Shown piece by piece: positions 18,291 to 28,967 of a stretch of DNA of 64,000 nucleotides. Location: contig JALWYV010000010.1 of NCBI GenBank assembly GCA_027003075.1, forward strand, positions 3,900 through 67,899, read 5' to 3'. Position numbers and translations under genes: made by a program. This stretch comes from a candidate division WOR-3 bacterium. GTDB lineage: Bacteria > Hydrothermota > Hydrothermia > LBFQ01. Below the pieces are notes generated by a model. That model saw nothing but the letters and a program-made list of their open reading frames with translations, made no database searches and had not been told where the DNA came from. Within the stretch, counting starts at the first letter, position 1, and every line of letters begins with the position of its first letter.

Positions 18291-19091
18291 ATGGGAAAAG
18301 CGCTTCTTGGACGTAAGGGTAATATAATCATAGGCACACTTGAAAGCAAGGACATAGTAACGGAGGCCAGAAGGATACACAACACTTCCCCGACTGCCAC
18401 CGCCCTTCTTGGGCGCCTTTTAACCGGTGCGGCCCTATACAGTCTGACGTACAGGGGTACGAGACCGAAGCTCATAACCTTTGAGATCCTATCCGATGGG
18501 CCCGTAAAGCACGCCGTGGCGCAGGTGAAAGGAAATCGCCTGAGGGGATACGTTAAGAACCCCGAAGCGGACGCCGACCCCAGGGGAGGGAAGTTAGACG
18601 TCGCATCCATAGTGAGGAAGGGTATCTTAAGGGTCATAAGGGATAACTACGTCAGCGAGGTTCCTCTGGTGAGTGGGGAAGTGGGGGAGGACATAGCCTA
18701 CTTCTTCTATCAGTCGGAGCAGCGGCGTACGGCCGTGGGCGTGGGCGTGCTGGTGGGGGAGTACGGGGAGGTCGTGTCTGCCGGAGGCTTTATACTTGAG
18801 GTCCTTCCCGACGCGACGGAGGAGGAGATAACGGAGGTTGAAGGGAAGCTCAAGGGGTTTTCGGTGAGCAGGTTCCTTCAGGGTAAAGGGGTGGAGGATC
18901 TTTTCCGGTACTTTGGGGGAGAAGATGCGGAGGTGGCGGAGGAAACGGATTACAGGTACGACTGCTGGTGTACCTACGAGGAGGTGGAGAAACTGGTTCT
19001 CATGATGAGGGAGGAAATGAAGGAAGATAAGGTGGTGGCCCGGTGTACGTTCTGCAAGAAGGAGTACATAATAGATCTGGGGAAGAAGTAG
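18291..19091 (+). CDS. hslO: Redox-regulated chaperone Hsp33
   Basis: 266 aa. C-terminal zinc-centre cysteines CWC...CTFC (YRYDCWCTYEE...ARCTFCKKEY). The N-terminal domain is consistent with Hsp33. Confidence 0.8.
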   Translation: MGKALLGRKGNIIIGTLESKDIVTEARRIHNTSPTATALLGRLLTGAALYSLTYRGTRPKLITFEILSDGPVKHAVAQVKGNRLRGYVKNPEADADPRGGKLDVASIVRKGILRVIRDNYVSEVPLVSGEVGEDIAYFFYQSEQRRTAVGVGVLVGEYGEVVSAGGFILEVLPDATEEEITEVEGKLKGFSVSRFLQGKGVEDLFRYFGGEDAEVAEETDYRYDCWCTYEEVEKLVLMMREEMKEDKVVARCTFCKKEYIIDLGKK

Positions 19092-19133
19092 TACTCCATC
19101 GCCCTCACTCTGGCAAACCTGAGGGTTACGCAC

Positions 19134-19948
19134 TTATAGACCTGTGTCCTCAGGCGGCAGCGTCCACCCCAACCTCGGCACCACGCTGAAGGAAACCCTC
19201 AACCTCGCCCATCCGCTATCCCCTCCGGGTATCAACTCCACGGCCCCGTAGTGGTAGTACTCGCCGATATGGAACCTGACTATCCTCCTGTGGGTGAGGC
19301 GGAAGCTGTCCTGCTCAACGAAGGGAAAGGTGCTGTCTATCAGATAGGCCGTAGTCTCGGGGGAGATGAAAACAGCGTTGTACCCTACCGGTCTTATCCA
19401 TACGTAGGGGGAGTCGGAGCGCACCGTAAAACGAAATTCGGCGTAGTGAGGTTTACCGTCATAACCACACGATGTTTCTTCAGAATCAAAATACACGATG
19501 TTTCTTCAGAATCAAAATAATGGAAACTCCCGGCCAATTTAAAAGTGTCGTCTGTTGTATCACTGATATAAGTATGCCCATATTCAAAGACATCGTTTAT
19601 TTCCGGAAATTGTGCGTCAAGGAAGTGGCATATGCCACCTTTACCGTCTATAGCTACTTCGGCACTGTCAACGAATACGACCGTAGTGTCAACGATGGCC
19701 ACACTAAGTCCGGAACTATCTACGGAGCATCTGATCCTCGCGGTGTCTGGCTTCTTATCGTAGTCAAAATAACAACCGGCAAGTGATCCGTAATTAGCCG
19801 CGCGTATCACTACGTAGAGCTTCGTACCGTGTGATAGAAATGAGGGGTGGTACACGTATATCTTTCCTCCCTCCATACCGCAGTCGGTCGCCTGAAAGAA
19901 CAGGACAGAGACTACAACAAATAGAGTCGCTAAAATCTTCCTCATCAT
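19134..19948 (-). pseudogene. Secreted protein gene split into two ORFs (19394..19948 and 19134..19496) by a 26-bp perfect tandem duplication
   Basis: The upstream ORF has a signal peptide (MMRKILATLFVVVSVLFFQA). The duplication of cacgatgtttcttcagaatcaaaata at 19468-19493 and 19494-19519 repeats the peptide YFDSEETSC and shifts the frame. Removing one copy restores a single ~270-aa ORF. Local GC is lower than the backbone. Confidence 0.6.
19468..19519. repeat. Perfect 26-bp tandem direct duplication (2 copies) inside a coding sequence
   Basis: Copy 1 is 19468-19493 and copy 2 is 19494-19519. Both read cacgatgtttcttcagaatcaaaata. Confidence 0.9.
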
Positions 19949-20190
19949 CTTACGATCTCCTTCCTTATCTTCCCATCTATACGGAACATGTAGACCCCGG
20001 ATTTTAGATGGATCTCCTTACGGCCGTCAACCGTGAACCTGCCGATGAGCCTGCCGGAGGGGTCGTAGACTTCAACCCTTCCTTTGCCCGTCAGAATAAC
20101 TTTTTTGTCTTTTTTGATAAGTGCCATTAACGGAATTTTAAAGCCGAGGTCGGATATTCTGTGCTTTCCCTTTCCCAATTTCTCCCTCAC
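19945..20190 (-). CDS. Stand-alone 81-aa ORF consisting almost entirely of a Por/T9SS C-terminal sorting-domain-like sequence
   Basis: ...VILTGKGRVEVYDPSGRLIGRFTVDGRKEIHLKSGVYMFRIDGKIRKEIVR matches the CTD pattern (xVYDxSGRxV...LxSGVYFxRxxG...KxVVxR). The 81-aa ORF carries no cargo domain. It lies 5' of the split secreted-protein gene and 25 bp from a divergent gene start. Confidence 0.35.
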   Translation of the reverse strand: MREKLGKGKHRISDLGFKIPLMALIKKDKKVILTGKGRVEVYDPSGRLIGRFTVDGRKEIHLKSGVYMFRIDGKIRKEIVR

Positions 20191-20215
20191 ACCGCAGGTT
20201 TAAAATACCCCAACT

Positions 20216-21934
20216 ATGCTGCGGAAGTCTGGAACACTGCTTCTGACTTTTCTGATCGTACCTTTCGCCCTCAGGGCGGATACGCTTGCCATAATACACG
20301 TGAACGATACCCATCACCACCTCTTCCCATACAAGTCGTGGAACGGTATAGCCTCGGCGGCCTACAAGATCCGGGAACTGAAAGGCATGTACCCCAACCA
20401 CCTCTTCTTCCACGCCGGCGACGTATTCGTTGGCGACTTCTCCTTTCCCTACGGCCTCGGACGCGAGGAGTTAAAACTCCTCAGCCTGCTATCACCCGAC
20501 GCCATAACGATCGGAAACCACGAGCTGGACATAACCCCCGATAGCCTGTACTCCGTCCTCTCCGACGTCGGTGGCTTTACTACCTTCCTCTCGGCCAACC
20601 TCCGCCCCGACACCATCCCCCTCGCCTCTCTGGTCAGACCCTATACCACCTTCAACAGATCGGGTAAACTCATCTGCGTTCTCGGATTGACGACGAACCA
20701 GTTCAACCTCCTCAGCCCTGCCCAGCAACCCGTTCAGTTTGAGAATCCCGTTTACGTCGCCCAGATGTACGAGGATACCTTTGACGTCATGGGATGCGAT
20801 TACAGGATAATCCTCTCCCACGCCGGTGTAGACGTTGACAGCACCATAGCCTCCCAGACCCGCAGTTACAACCTCATAGTCTCCGGTCATACCCATACGT
20901 GCTACGAGGAGCCGGCCAGAATAGTGAACGTCTCCGGGGATACGACCTACTTCGCCGAGGCCTGCCAGCACTACGAGGCCGTGGGCCTGTGGCTCATAGA
21001 CATGGCAACCTTAAGACCTGTAAGTTATACCCTCTTTCGTCTTGACGCCTCTTCACCCGTTGATAGCGAGTTCGTTGACTCCCTCAACGCCCTCAGGGGC
21101 AGGATAGAGGCGGTTTACGGGCCTGTGTTCTCCGACTTCATCGCCTACGCACCCCGCGAGTTGAGGAACGAACCGGACAGCCTTTACTACCTTGATACTC
21201 CCCTCGGCAACCTCATAGCAGACGCCCTGAGAGAGAAGGCGGGAGCCGACGTAGGCGTACTTCCGTACTTCTACATGGCCGAACCTCTCGCAGCCGGCAG
21301 AATAACTTCAAACGACGTTCTCATGGCCTTTCCCTACGGTCTGAGCGAGACGGCAATAACCGGGACGAACATGTACCTCCTGAAGGTCACCCTCCGGGGT
21401 GCCGACCTCTACACTCTCCTCTCCGTAACTCAGGACTTTACGGACAGCATACCGATAGCTCAGGTCTCGGGGATGACCTACCGGTTTGACCCGGCTGCCA
21501 GCCCACCCCTTGAACCCTCCGATATAACCGTCGGCGGTATGCCCCTTGATACGAATGCCACCTACTCCTTAGCCATGGATATGGGAACGCTCTACCTGGC
21601 CAACCTCCTTGGTATAACGCCCGTGGCGGTTGAGACCACCGCTTACACCATGTTTACGGCCATGCGGGAGTACTTCTCCGAACTGGGCGTAGTGGATCAC
21701 ACCTCCGAAGGCCGTATAATGTACAAAGGTATAACCACTATCAGGGAAAACAGGGGAGTAGAACTTTATTCCTTCAAAGTGAACGGCAGAGAGGTCGTAT
21801 CCGACTCACCCATAACCGTATTTGACGTATCCGGCAGGGTGCTGGCAGACAACGTACACCGTTTCGTGGCACCGTCCGCCGGTGTATTCTTTGTTAAAAT
21901 CGGACGGAGCGTGAGGAAGGTCGTCCTGCGATGA
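20216..21934 (+). CDS. Secreted bifunctional metallophosphatase / 5'-nucleotidase (UshA-like) with a T9SS C-terminal sorting domain
   Basis: Signal peptide. Calcineurin-like motifs (IIHVNDTHHHL, GDVFVGDF, GNHELD, SHAGVD...GHTH). A C-terminal 5'-nucleotidase domain. The terminal ~70 aa (...ELYSFKVNGREVVSDSPITVFDVSGRVLADNVHRFVAPSAGVFFVKIGRSVRKVVLR) are CTD-like. Confidence 0.75.
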   Translation: MLRKSGTLLLTFLIVPFALRADTLAIIHVNDTHHHLFPYKSWNGIASAAYKIRELKGMYPNHLFFHAGDVFVGDFSFPYGLGREELKLLSLLSPDAITIGNHELDITPDSLYSVLSDVGGFTTFLSANLRPDTIPLASLVRPYTTFNRSGKLICVLGLTTNQFNLLSPAQQPVQFENPVYVAQMYEDTFDVMGCDYRIILSHAGVDVDSTIASQTRSYNLIVSGHTHTCYEEPARIVNVSGDTTYFAEACQHYEAVGLWLIDMATLRPVSYTLFRLDASSPVDSEFVDSLNALRGRIEAVYGPVFSDFIAYAPRELRNEPDSLYYLDTPLGNLIADALREKAGADVGVLPYFYMAEPLAAGRITSNDVLMAFPYGLSETAITGTNMYLLKVTLRGADLYTLLSVTQDFTDSIPIAQVSGMTYRFDPAASPPLEPSDITVGGMPLDTNATYSLAMDMGTLYLANLLGITPVAVETTAYTMFTAMREYFSELGVVDHTSEGRIMYKGITTIRENRGVELYSFKVNGREVVSDSPITVFDVSGRVLADNVHRFVAPSAGVFFVKIGRSVRKVVLR

Positions 21935-22830
21935 AGGTTGACCCACCCTTCAGTACCGCCTACTGGGTATTTCCTCAGGATGCCAACCCCCTCGGCTACC
22001 TCTTTGGAGGCCGTCTGATGAGGTGGGTTATAAGGAGCGCCTCCATCTACTCCTCCATGCTCCTTCGCCGTCCCGTCGTCATAGGTTACATGGGCAGCTT
22101 TGACTTCATAAACCCCATACGGGTAGGGGATATGGTGAGCGTTCAGGTATCCCCCCTCTTTACAACCACCCACACCATCACCGTAAAGGTGGCCGTATTT
22201 GCCGGCGCCACATCCGACGAGGAGTTCCGTTTCACGACGGCCGCAGAGATGACCTTCATATCCATAGACGAGAAAGGGAAACCCGTGGCCCACGGTGTAC
22301 GCATCCCTTCCCCCACACTTGAAAGGGAACTGAAGGAGAAGATACGTTCGCTGAAGGAGGAGTACTCCCGACTTAAAGAGCCGGAGAGCTACGATCTGGA
22401 GACCACGTACGGTATAACGGCCGAGGATACCTTCTTTTACAACCTGATGTCCGGGGCGAAGCTCCTTGAGCACGTGGATCAGGTGGCCACACTCACGGCC
22501 ATAAGGTACGCTCAGGCACCTATGTTCACAGCCTCCATAGACGAGACCGTCTTCCTCAACCCCATAAGGTTAGGGGAGTACGTGGAGATATACACCCGTC
22601 TCAACGCCGTATGGCGAACGTCCGCGGAGGTGGAGGTCTGGGTATTCGCCAGCGACCCCATAGGCGGAGACCGTAGGCTCGCAACCCACATGTTCGTAAG
22701 CGCCGTATTAGTGGACAGAAGCCGCAAACTGCAGTCCTACGCCCACTCCCCGGAGATATACAAGGAGGCCACAAAGAGAAAGGAGGGACGTATACGCAGG
22801 AAGAGGGAACTGTTGAGCCGGCTGTCGTAA
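21931..22830 (+). CDS. Acyl-CoA thioesterase with tandem hotdog (4HBT) domains
   Basis: Two repeats of the hotdog pattern (...DANPLGYLFGGRLMRWV... and ...LTAIRYAQAPMFTASIDETVFLNPIRLGEYVEI...). 299 aa. Confidence 0.6.
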   Translation: MKVDPPFSTAYWVFPQDANPLGYLFGGRLMRWVIRSASIYSSMLLRRPVVIGYMGSFDFINPIRVGDMVSVQVSPLFTTTHTITVKVAVFAGATSDEEFRFTTAAEMTFISIDEKGKPVAHGVRIPSPTLERELKEKIRSLKEEYSRLKEPESYDLETTYGITAEDTFFYNLMSGAKLLEHVDQVATLTAIRYAQAPMFTASIDETVFLNPIRLGEYVEIYTRLNAVWRTSAEVEVWVFASDPIGGDRRLATHMFVSAVLVDRSRKLQSYAHSPEIYKEATKRKEGRIRRKRELLSRLS

Positions 22831-22856
22831 CGGAACGTCCTTAGACTTACCGCCGT

Positions 22857-23651
22857 ATGGACAGGGTTAGAGAAGGGGAGTGGGTACTGCTGTGGGGCGG
22901 CCCCGACGCCAACTACCTCAGCGAGTACCGTCCCGGAAAGGCCGTACACTCTCACAGGGGAATAATCCACCTGCCGGAGGATCTCCTGTGGGGACAGGCC
23001 CTCATCTCCTCAACGGGAAGGGTCTTTTACGTTATAAGGCCCTCCAACGCCGACCTCGTCCTCAGGCTACGGAGGAAGACGAACATTTTTTATCCGAAGG
23101 ATATGGGTCTCGTGCTGATGTACACGGATTTCCAGCCCACGTCAAGGGTCATAGAGGTGGGGAGCGGGAGCGGGGCCATGGCCACGGTACTCACCCGTCT
23201 GATAGTTCCTCCGGGAAAACTCTACTCCTACGACGTCAACCCCCGGCATCAGAGGGTGGCGAGGGAGAACGTGGCGAAGTACGGTAAACCGGAGAACGTG
23301 GTATGGCACGTAAGGGACGTTGCGGAGTGCGGTTTTTGGGAGAGAGAGGCCGATATCGTGATAATAGACGTCCCGGAGCCGTGGGCCATAGTACCCCACG
23401 CCTACAGATCCCTTAAGGGAGGGGGATTTCTGGTGTCGGCATCCCCCAACGTAGAGCAGGTGAAGGAGACCCGCAGGGTTATGAACGAGCTCGGTTTCTT
23501 CGGAATACGCACCGTAGAACTGCTGATGAGGGACTGGCACATAAGGGAGGTGGGGTGCAGGCCGGATCATCGTATGCAGGGGCATACCTTATTTTACACC
23601 TTCGGGCGTAAGGTTATAGAGAAAGTCCAGAAGCCAACGACCGTAAAATAG
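22857..23651 (+). CDS. trmI: tRNA (adenine(58)-N(1))-methyltransferase TrmI
   Basis: SAM-binding motif [15 protein letters not shown]. Gcd14/TrmI-like N-terminal beta-domain. 264 aa. Confidence 0.75.
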   Translation: MDRVREGEWVLLWGGPDANYLSEYRPGKAVHSHRGIIHLPEDLLWGQALISSTGRVFYVIRPSNADLVLRLRRKTNIFYPKDMGLVLMYTDFQPTSRVIEVGSGSGAMATVLTRLIVPPGKLYSYDVNPRHQRVARENVAKYGKPENVVWHVRDVAECGFWEREADIVIIDVPEPWAIVPHAYRSLKGGGFLVSASPNVEQVKETRRVMNELGFFGIRTVELLMRDWHIREVGCRPDHRMQGHTLFYTFGRKVIEKVQKPTTVK

Positions 23652-23659
23652 ACCGTTTC

Positions 23660-25519
23660 ATGAACAACAAGGGATCTTTCTGGATGACGCTTTTTGTTTG
23701 GGGGGGACTTATACTTGCGGGGTTGTTCGCGATACAGCTCTTTATGAACCCCCCATCTCAGGAGACGGAAATAACGTACAACACCTTCCTTGAGCTTGTG
23801 GAGTCGGAGAACATAGATACGCTCGTCGTCTCCGACGGCACCGTCTCTGGCGTACTCAAGCAACCCATGGTTATAAAGGACAAGCAGATAACCCGGTTCA
23901 GGCTCACCGTACCGCCGGAGGCGAGAGACAGGGAGTTCTTTAAGAACCTCGCCGAAAACGGGGTCGTTGTTATCTTCAAGAAGCGCCAGCTCTGGATGGA
24001 CCTGATCATAAGTTATCTGCCGTGGATCCTCATACTCCTCGCCCTGTGGTTCTTCATGTTCAGGTCGGTGAACGGGGGTGTGGGCAGGGCGTTTGACTTC
24101 GGAAAGAGCAGGGCAAAGATTTATACTGAAAACCGCCCCAACGTTACGTTTGACGACGTCGCCGACGCCAGAGAGGCGAAGGAAGAGCTGAAGGAGATCG
24201 TGGACTACCTTAGAAACCCGGCCAAGTACAGGAAGATAGGGGCAAGGGTGCCGAAGGGAATACTCTTAGTGGGACCGCCCGGAACGGGCAAAACTCTGCT
24301 TGCCCGTGCCGTCGCCGGAGAGGCCGGTGTACCCTTCCTCTCCATATCCGGGTCGGAGTTCGTTGAGATGTTCGTGGGTGTGGGGGCGGCGAGGGTCCGC
24401 GACCTGTTTGAGAAGGCCAAGAGGCTCGCCCCCGCCATCATATTCATAGACGAGATAGACGCCGTGGGCCGGATGAGGGGCGCGGGACTCGGAGGGGGTC
24501 ACGACGAGAGGGAGCAGACCCTCAACCAGCTCTTAGTTGAGATGGACGGGTTTGAAGCCGGAACGGGTATAATAGTCCTTGCGGCGACCAACAGGCCGGA
24601 CATACTTGACCCCGCACTCCTGAGGCCGGGGAGGTTTGACAGGATGGTGGTGGTTGAGAGGCCGGACCTTGAGGGGAGGTACGAGATCTTAAAACTCCAC
24701 GCCCGTAAAGTCCGTATGGCTCCGGACGTTGACCTGCGGAGGATAGCCGAACTGACGCCGGGGTTCTCCGGTGCGGACCTGGCCAACCTCATAAACGAGG
24801 CGGCCCTGCTCGCCGCCCGCAGGGGTAAGGAGATGGTGGAGCAGAAGGATCTGGAAGAGGCCGTTGAGAAGGTCATGATGGGGGTCGCCCGTGAGAGTTC
24901 TCCCCTCAGCGGGGAGGAGAAGAAGAGGGTGGCCTACCACGAAGCCGGACACGCCATAGTCTCCCGTATGCTTCCCCACGGGGATCCCGTTCACAAGGTT
25001 TCCATAATACCGAGGGGGATGGCCTTAGGGGTAACCCTATCCCTTCCGAAGGAGGAGAAGAAGATACTGCCCAAGGAGTACCTTGAGGACCTTCTGGCCA
25101 CCTTAATGGGAGGCCGGGTGGCGGAGAAGATAATATTCGGAGATTACTCCACGGGGGCTGCCAACGACCTTGAGAGGGCGACGGAGATAGCCCGGAAGAT
25201 GGTCACGGAGTGGGGAATGTCGGAGAGGGTCGGGCCGGCTACCTTCGGGAAGGTGGAGAAACATATATTTCTGGGCAGGGACATGGGCGTGAAGTCACCC
25301 GTATCGGAGAGGACTCTCCAGATAATAGACGAGGAGATAAAGCGGATAGTGACAGAGGCTGAGAGGAGGGCCGAGGAGATACTCCGTACCAACGAGGATA
25401 AACTCCACGCCGTCGCCAAAGCCCTCCTTGAGAGGGAGACCATATCCGGCAAGGAGTTAGACGAGATCCTCGGATTGGAGGGGAGTAAGGAGGGAACGGA
25501 GCAGAAGAAAGAGGGATGA
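23660..25519 (+). CDS. ftsH: ATP-dependent zinc metalloprotease FtsH
   Basis: N-terminal TM segment. AAA+ Walker A motif [18 protein letters not shown]. Second region of homology. Zinc site HEAGHAIV. 619 aa. Confidence 0.95.
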   Translation: MNNKGSFWMTLFVWGGLILAGLFAIQLFMNPPSQETEITYNTFLELVESENIDTLVVSDGTVSGVLKQPMVIKDKQITRFRLTVPPEARDREFFKNLAENGVVVIFKKRQLWMDLIISYLPWILILLALWFFMFRSVNGGVGRAFDFGKSRAKIYTENRPNVTFDDVADAREAKEELKEIVDYLRNPAKYRKIGARVPKGILLVGPPGTGKTLLARAVAGEAGVPFLSISGSEFVEMFVGVGAARVRDLFEKAKRLAPAIIFIDEIDAVGRMRGAGLGGGHDEREQTLNQLLVEMDGFEAGTGIIVLAATNRPDILDPALLRPGRFDRMVVVERPDLEGRYEILKLHARKVRMAPDVDLRRIAELTPGFSGADLANLINEAALLAARRGKEMVEQKDLEEAVEKVMMGVARESSPLSGEEKKRVAYHEAGHAIVSRMLPHGDPVHKVSIIPRGMALGVTLSLPKEEKKILPKEYLEDLLATLMGGRVAEKIIFGDYSTGAANDLERATEIARKMVTEWGMSERVGPATFGKVEKHIFLGRDMGVKSPVSERTLQIIDEEIKRIVTEAERRAEEILRTNEDKLHAVAKALLERETISGKELDEILGLEGSKEGTEQKKEG

Positions 25520-25860
25520 GAAACCTGTTCATCCGCGTACTCCTCAACGGCCTCTCGCTCTTCGTTGTGGATTACCTCCTTGAGGGTTTCAGGATAGAGG
25601 GGTGGGAGGCCCTTCTGGTCACGGCCGTACTCCTCGGTGTGGTGAACGCCTTCCTCCTCCCTGTTCTCAAGATTTTGACCTTTCCCATAAACCTGATAAC
25701 GCTCGGTCTATGGAGTCTCATCCTTAACTTCTTCCTCTTCTGGGCTGTGATCGGTCTCGTTAACGGGGTTTATGTGGATAACCTGTGGTGGGGACTGGGA
25801 GCGTGGGCCCTTTACAGTGTTCTGGTGGCACTTCTGGGGATCTTTACGAGGGAGGGGTAA
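25516..25860 (+). CDS. Small 4-TM membrane protein, phage-holin-family-4-like (PF04020-type)
   Basis: 114 aa with four hydrophobic segments and the GFxIxGW...TxPxNLITLGL pattern. No other phage genes nearby. Confidence 0.45.
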   Translation: MRNLFIRVLLNGLSLFVVDYLLEGFRIEGWEALLVTAVLLGVVNAFLLPVLKILTFPINLITLGLWSLILNFFLFWAVIGLVNGVYVDNLWWGLGAWALYSVLVALLGIFTREG

Positions 25861-25942
25861 TCGTAGCACAACAAGTTTCGCATTTTGACGAATTCCTGTA
25901 GCCCGTTTTCTACAGCGTCCACATTTCCGCCTTAAAATAGCG

Positions 25943-28900
25943 GTGGCCATGCTACTAACAACGGTAGTAAGTGTAACATCTTTGGGAGCAACGAAGGTCG
26001 GGGAGCTGCGCTGGGGGAGGGAGATAGGAGTACCTATCTCAGTATCGCCAACTTACCTGCACTTCTACAGGGATGCAAACGGCCACGAGTACGTAGTGAC
26101 GAACATCCGTGGTGGTGGGGTACTTCTGATAAACGTGGACGATCCTACGAACCCGTACATAGCAAGCGTAGCACTGGCGGATCTGGACACGTTTAGATTA
26201 CTGGCGGATGCCACGGACGAGTTAGGGGTGGCAGACGTAGAGATATTCGGCAGGTGGATGTTCGTGGGTATAGGGAGTAGGAGTAGCGGAGGGATGGAGA
26301 TATGGGACATAAGCGACGGGACTGCACCTGCGAAGGTAGGGGTAGTCTTTTTTGATGGCAGCAGCATAGGGATAAACGGTGGGGTACATACGATATACGT
26401 GGACACCCTGAGGAGCAGGCTGTACGTGAGTTTGAACTTCAGATCCATGCACATCGTAAAGGTAGACACCAACAGACTGGCCGTGGGGGACGTTCTGGGC
26501 GCCCTTGACGTGAGGGATAGTATAAGCGTTGATAACGGAAGTTATCATCATGACATCTACGTCGTCCATGGGACGGGAGTGGATACGGTGTATACGTTTG
26601 CAGGATTCGGTGGCGATGATGTGTGTCCTCCCGGGAAGAAAGGTATAACGAGGTGGATAGTGGTGGACAACATCCTGGATAGAGTGATAGACAGTGGGTA
26701 CGTTGCGAAGTGTAGCGGGTACGGATTCTCGCACAGTGGAAGGATGTGGGGGGACAGCCTGCTGATAAACTTCTACGAGAGTGACGGGAGCGGCTTTGCG
26801 ATATACAGGTTAAACAAATCGGGTGGCATAAGCGTGGCAGAGACGCTGGTCTACTACAGGGCATCCGGTTTTGGGAGGGTGAGCAGCGTACACGAAGGGG
26901 AGATAAAGGACAGCCTGCTGTACGTGGCCTACTACTGGGGAGGGCTGAGGATATACGATCTCAGGGATCCTCGCAGGCCTGCACCGGTGGGGTACTACGA
27001 CTTCTACGACGAGGTAGAGGGGGAGCATATATTCAACGGAGCGAGCGACGTGAAGTTAATGGGCGGGTACATATACGTGGTGGGATACAGTGGATACCCT
27101 TACTACACTCCCGACAGGGACAGTGGGTACCTGTACATCTTTCAGTTCAACAACACCTACACCGTAGGTGAGGAGACGGTAGTGGTTAGAGGGTGCAAGT
27201 ACCCCACACACCTGAGGATAAACCTGACCGTTTCCGACACCAACGTTGAGCATGGGGTTGATATAGGCAGGTCCGACACCGCAGTCGTCAGATTGCCCCT
27301 TGGGAGCTACAGGGTAGAGGTACATCAGGAGTTTGACACCATAGAGGCAGTACTTGACACCTTCACCATGGTGGTGAACGGTACACCGGGTCTTTTCAAT
27401 AGCGGTGGGGAGTGCGCAGGGCTGAAGTACAACGGAGGGGATAAGGTGAAGGTGATCGGAGATGTGACCTCGGCGGTCTTCGTGAGCAACGGAAGGGTAG
27501 TTTACCTTGAGGGGAAGGGAAATGCGTGGAGTGGCCAGTACGTCCTCGGCAGAGGGGAGGAGGTGGCCATGGCGGGAGAAAGGGACGTCTGTATGGATCA
27601 CGACATCGTATGGATAAGGGGAGACACCCTGAAGTACGCCGCAAAGCCCATAGGAACGTCCGGGGCGATGGTGTTTGACAGCCTGCCCAGGGGTGGAAAC
27701 TGGAAGAACATAAGATTGCTGAACGTTGTAAGGGTGTGGGACACCCTCAACAACTACCTGATGCACGTCTTCTTCGTGGCGGATAGCACCAACGGAAAGA
27801 GCTACGTCGTCCACAACACCTACAGACCCTACAACATATGTCCCATAACCACCTTACCTGCTTTGATAGGCAGTGAGGTGCTGTGGGAGGTGAACGGAGC
27901 GAGTGGTCTGAGCGTGGACGAATGGAGCAGCGGAACTGAAAAACTCCACGTCGTATGGTTGAGCAGAGATACGCTCTACTACGCTAACTGGGATGGAACT
28001 GTGTGGGGCGATACCGCAATACTATCTGTGGGCAGTTTTTCTCGTGTTATAAGGGAGCCTACGGTTAAGGTAGAGGGTGGAGAGGTGTACGTCGGGTGGG
28101 TGGAGACCAACGGCGGCTGGCTCTTTTCTTCCATGACGGGATGGGGGATGTGGAGAAGCGGTGGTCTATGGAGGGACACCTTCCAGATCTACACTGCCCG
28201 TAGCATAAGTCGGGTGCATTATGCCGGTAGGGGGTACTACGTGATGGGGTATACGAACGGTTTCAGGAGTACCTTCACGTCCGAGTTGCTGGCACACGAT
28301 GTAAACAACAATATATCGTTCAACATGACAGATGCGCCCGGAGTTGAGGACGAGTGGCCGTACAGCAGCGTGAGTATAGGCTATCCCACCTACAACTGGA
28401 TCTTCAGGAACGTGTGGGAGGAGAGGGAAGGGTGGAGGAGATGGCTCAAGATAGGTGAGTACGAGTACACCACTCCGATAATGGGCTTCATGAGGGGTAT
28501 AACCCCTGTGTATCGTGGGAACGGTGTTTATGTGGGGGACAGTGGAGGTGTGTACATTGTGGAGGTGGTGAGGGGTGATGTGGCGTTACGGTTGGGTGGC
28601 AGGTACATGGGGAGGTACGGAGTGGGGGATATGGTGATCGTACCTGAGTGGGTTTATGAGGATGGGAAGGTGGAGATAGAAGGTGTTGGAGGTGAAGTGG
28701 TGCTGTACCACTTCAGCGGCAGGGGTGGTGGTACGGGCAGTGGTCCCATGGGTGTAGGCAGGAGGCCTATATCCTCTGCCGTTATAGGGCGAGAATTTGT
28801 AGAGGTTAAGCATGTGGGTGTGGTGAGAATATACGACGCCTCAGGCAGGGAGGTGAGGAGGGTAAAGGTTGAGGGCAAAGGTAAGGTTTACGTTGGTGAT

Positions 28901-28963
28901 CTGCCCTCAGGTGTTTACTTCTTGCGCTTAGGCAGGGAAACGATTAAGTTTATAAGGAGGTAG
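25943..28963 (+). CDS. Large secreted beta-propeller protein with LVIVD-type repeats and a T9SS C-terminal sorting domain
   Basis: 1006 aa. N-terminal repeats of the form ...GGGVLLINVDDPTNPYIASVALADL.../...GGMEIWDISDGTAPAKVGVV... are LVIVD-like. The C-terminus is RIYDASGREVRRVKVEGKGKVYVGDLPSGVYFLRLGRETIKFIRR. Third-position A/T-enriched codon usage differs from the backbone. Confidence 0.6.
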   Translation: MAMLLTTVVSVTSLGATKVGELRWGREIGVPISVSPTYLHFYRDANGHEYVVTNIRGGGVLLINVDDPTNPYIASVALADLDTFRLLADATDELGVADVEIFGRWMFVGIGSRSSGGMEIWDISDGTAPAKVGVVFFDGSSIGINGGVHTIYVDTLRSRLYVSLNFRSMHIVKVDTNRLAVGDVLGALDVRDSISVDNGSYHHDIYVVHGTGVDTVYTFAGFGGDDVCPPGKKGITRWIVVDNILDRVIDSGYVAKCSGYGFSHSGRMWGDSLLINFYESDGSGFAIYRLNKSGGISVAETLVYYRASGFGRVSSVHEGEIKDSLLYVAYYWGGLRIYDLRDPRRPAPVGYYDFYDEVEGEHIFNGASDVKLMGGYIYVVGYSGYPYYTPDRDSGYLYIFQFNNTYTVGEETVVVRGCKYPTHLRINLTVSDTNVEHGVDIGRSDTAVVRLPLGSYRVEVHQEFDTIEAVLDTFTMVVNGTPGLFNSGGECAGLKYNGGDKVKVIGDVTSAVFVSNGRVVYLEGKGNAWSGQYVLGRGEEVAMAGERDVCMDHDIVWIRGDTLKYAAKPIGTSGAMVFDSLPRGGNWKNIRLLNVVRVWDTLNNYLMHVFFVADSTNGKSYVVHNTYRPYNICPITTLPALIGSEVLWEVNGASGLSVDEWSSGTEKLHVVWLSRDTLYYANWDGTVWGDTAILSVGSFSRVIREPTVKVEGGEVYVGWVETNGGWLFSSMTGWGMWRSGGLWRDTFQIYTARSISRVHYAGRGYYVMGYTNGFRSTFTSELLAHDVNNNISFNMTDAPGVEDEWPYSSVSIGYPTYNWIFRNVWEEREGWRRWLKIGEYEYTTPIMGFMRGITPVYRGNGVYVGDSGGVYIVEVVRGDVALRLGGRYMGRYGVGDMVIVPEWVYEDGKVEIEGVGGEVVLYHFSGRGGGTGSGPMGVGRRPISSAVIGREFVEVKHVGVVRIYDASGREVRRVKVEGKGKVYVGDLPSGVYFLRLGRETIKFIRR
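28764..28963 (+). repeat. Copy 1 of a ~200-bp near-identical (about 94% nt identity) duplication encoding the T9SS CTD
   Basis: The sequence ggcctatatcctctgccgttatagggcg...aagtttataaggaggtag recurs at 30091-30290 with ~11 mismatches. Confidence 0.85.
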
Positions 28964-28967
28964 GACG

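Noticed and set aside
17139-18380. 413-aa minus-strand ORF overlapping lpxD
   Set aside because: It is antisense to the hexapeptide-repeat lpxD, with Gly/Pro/Tyr-rich low-complexity translation. This is a GC-driven artefact.
27056-27814. Multiple 70-250-aa minus-strand ORFs inside the LVIVD-repeat gene
   Set aside because: They sit within one long plus-strand gene that has clear repeats and a C-terminal CTD. Their translations are His/Pro/Val-rich antisense noise.
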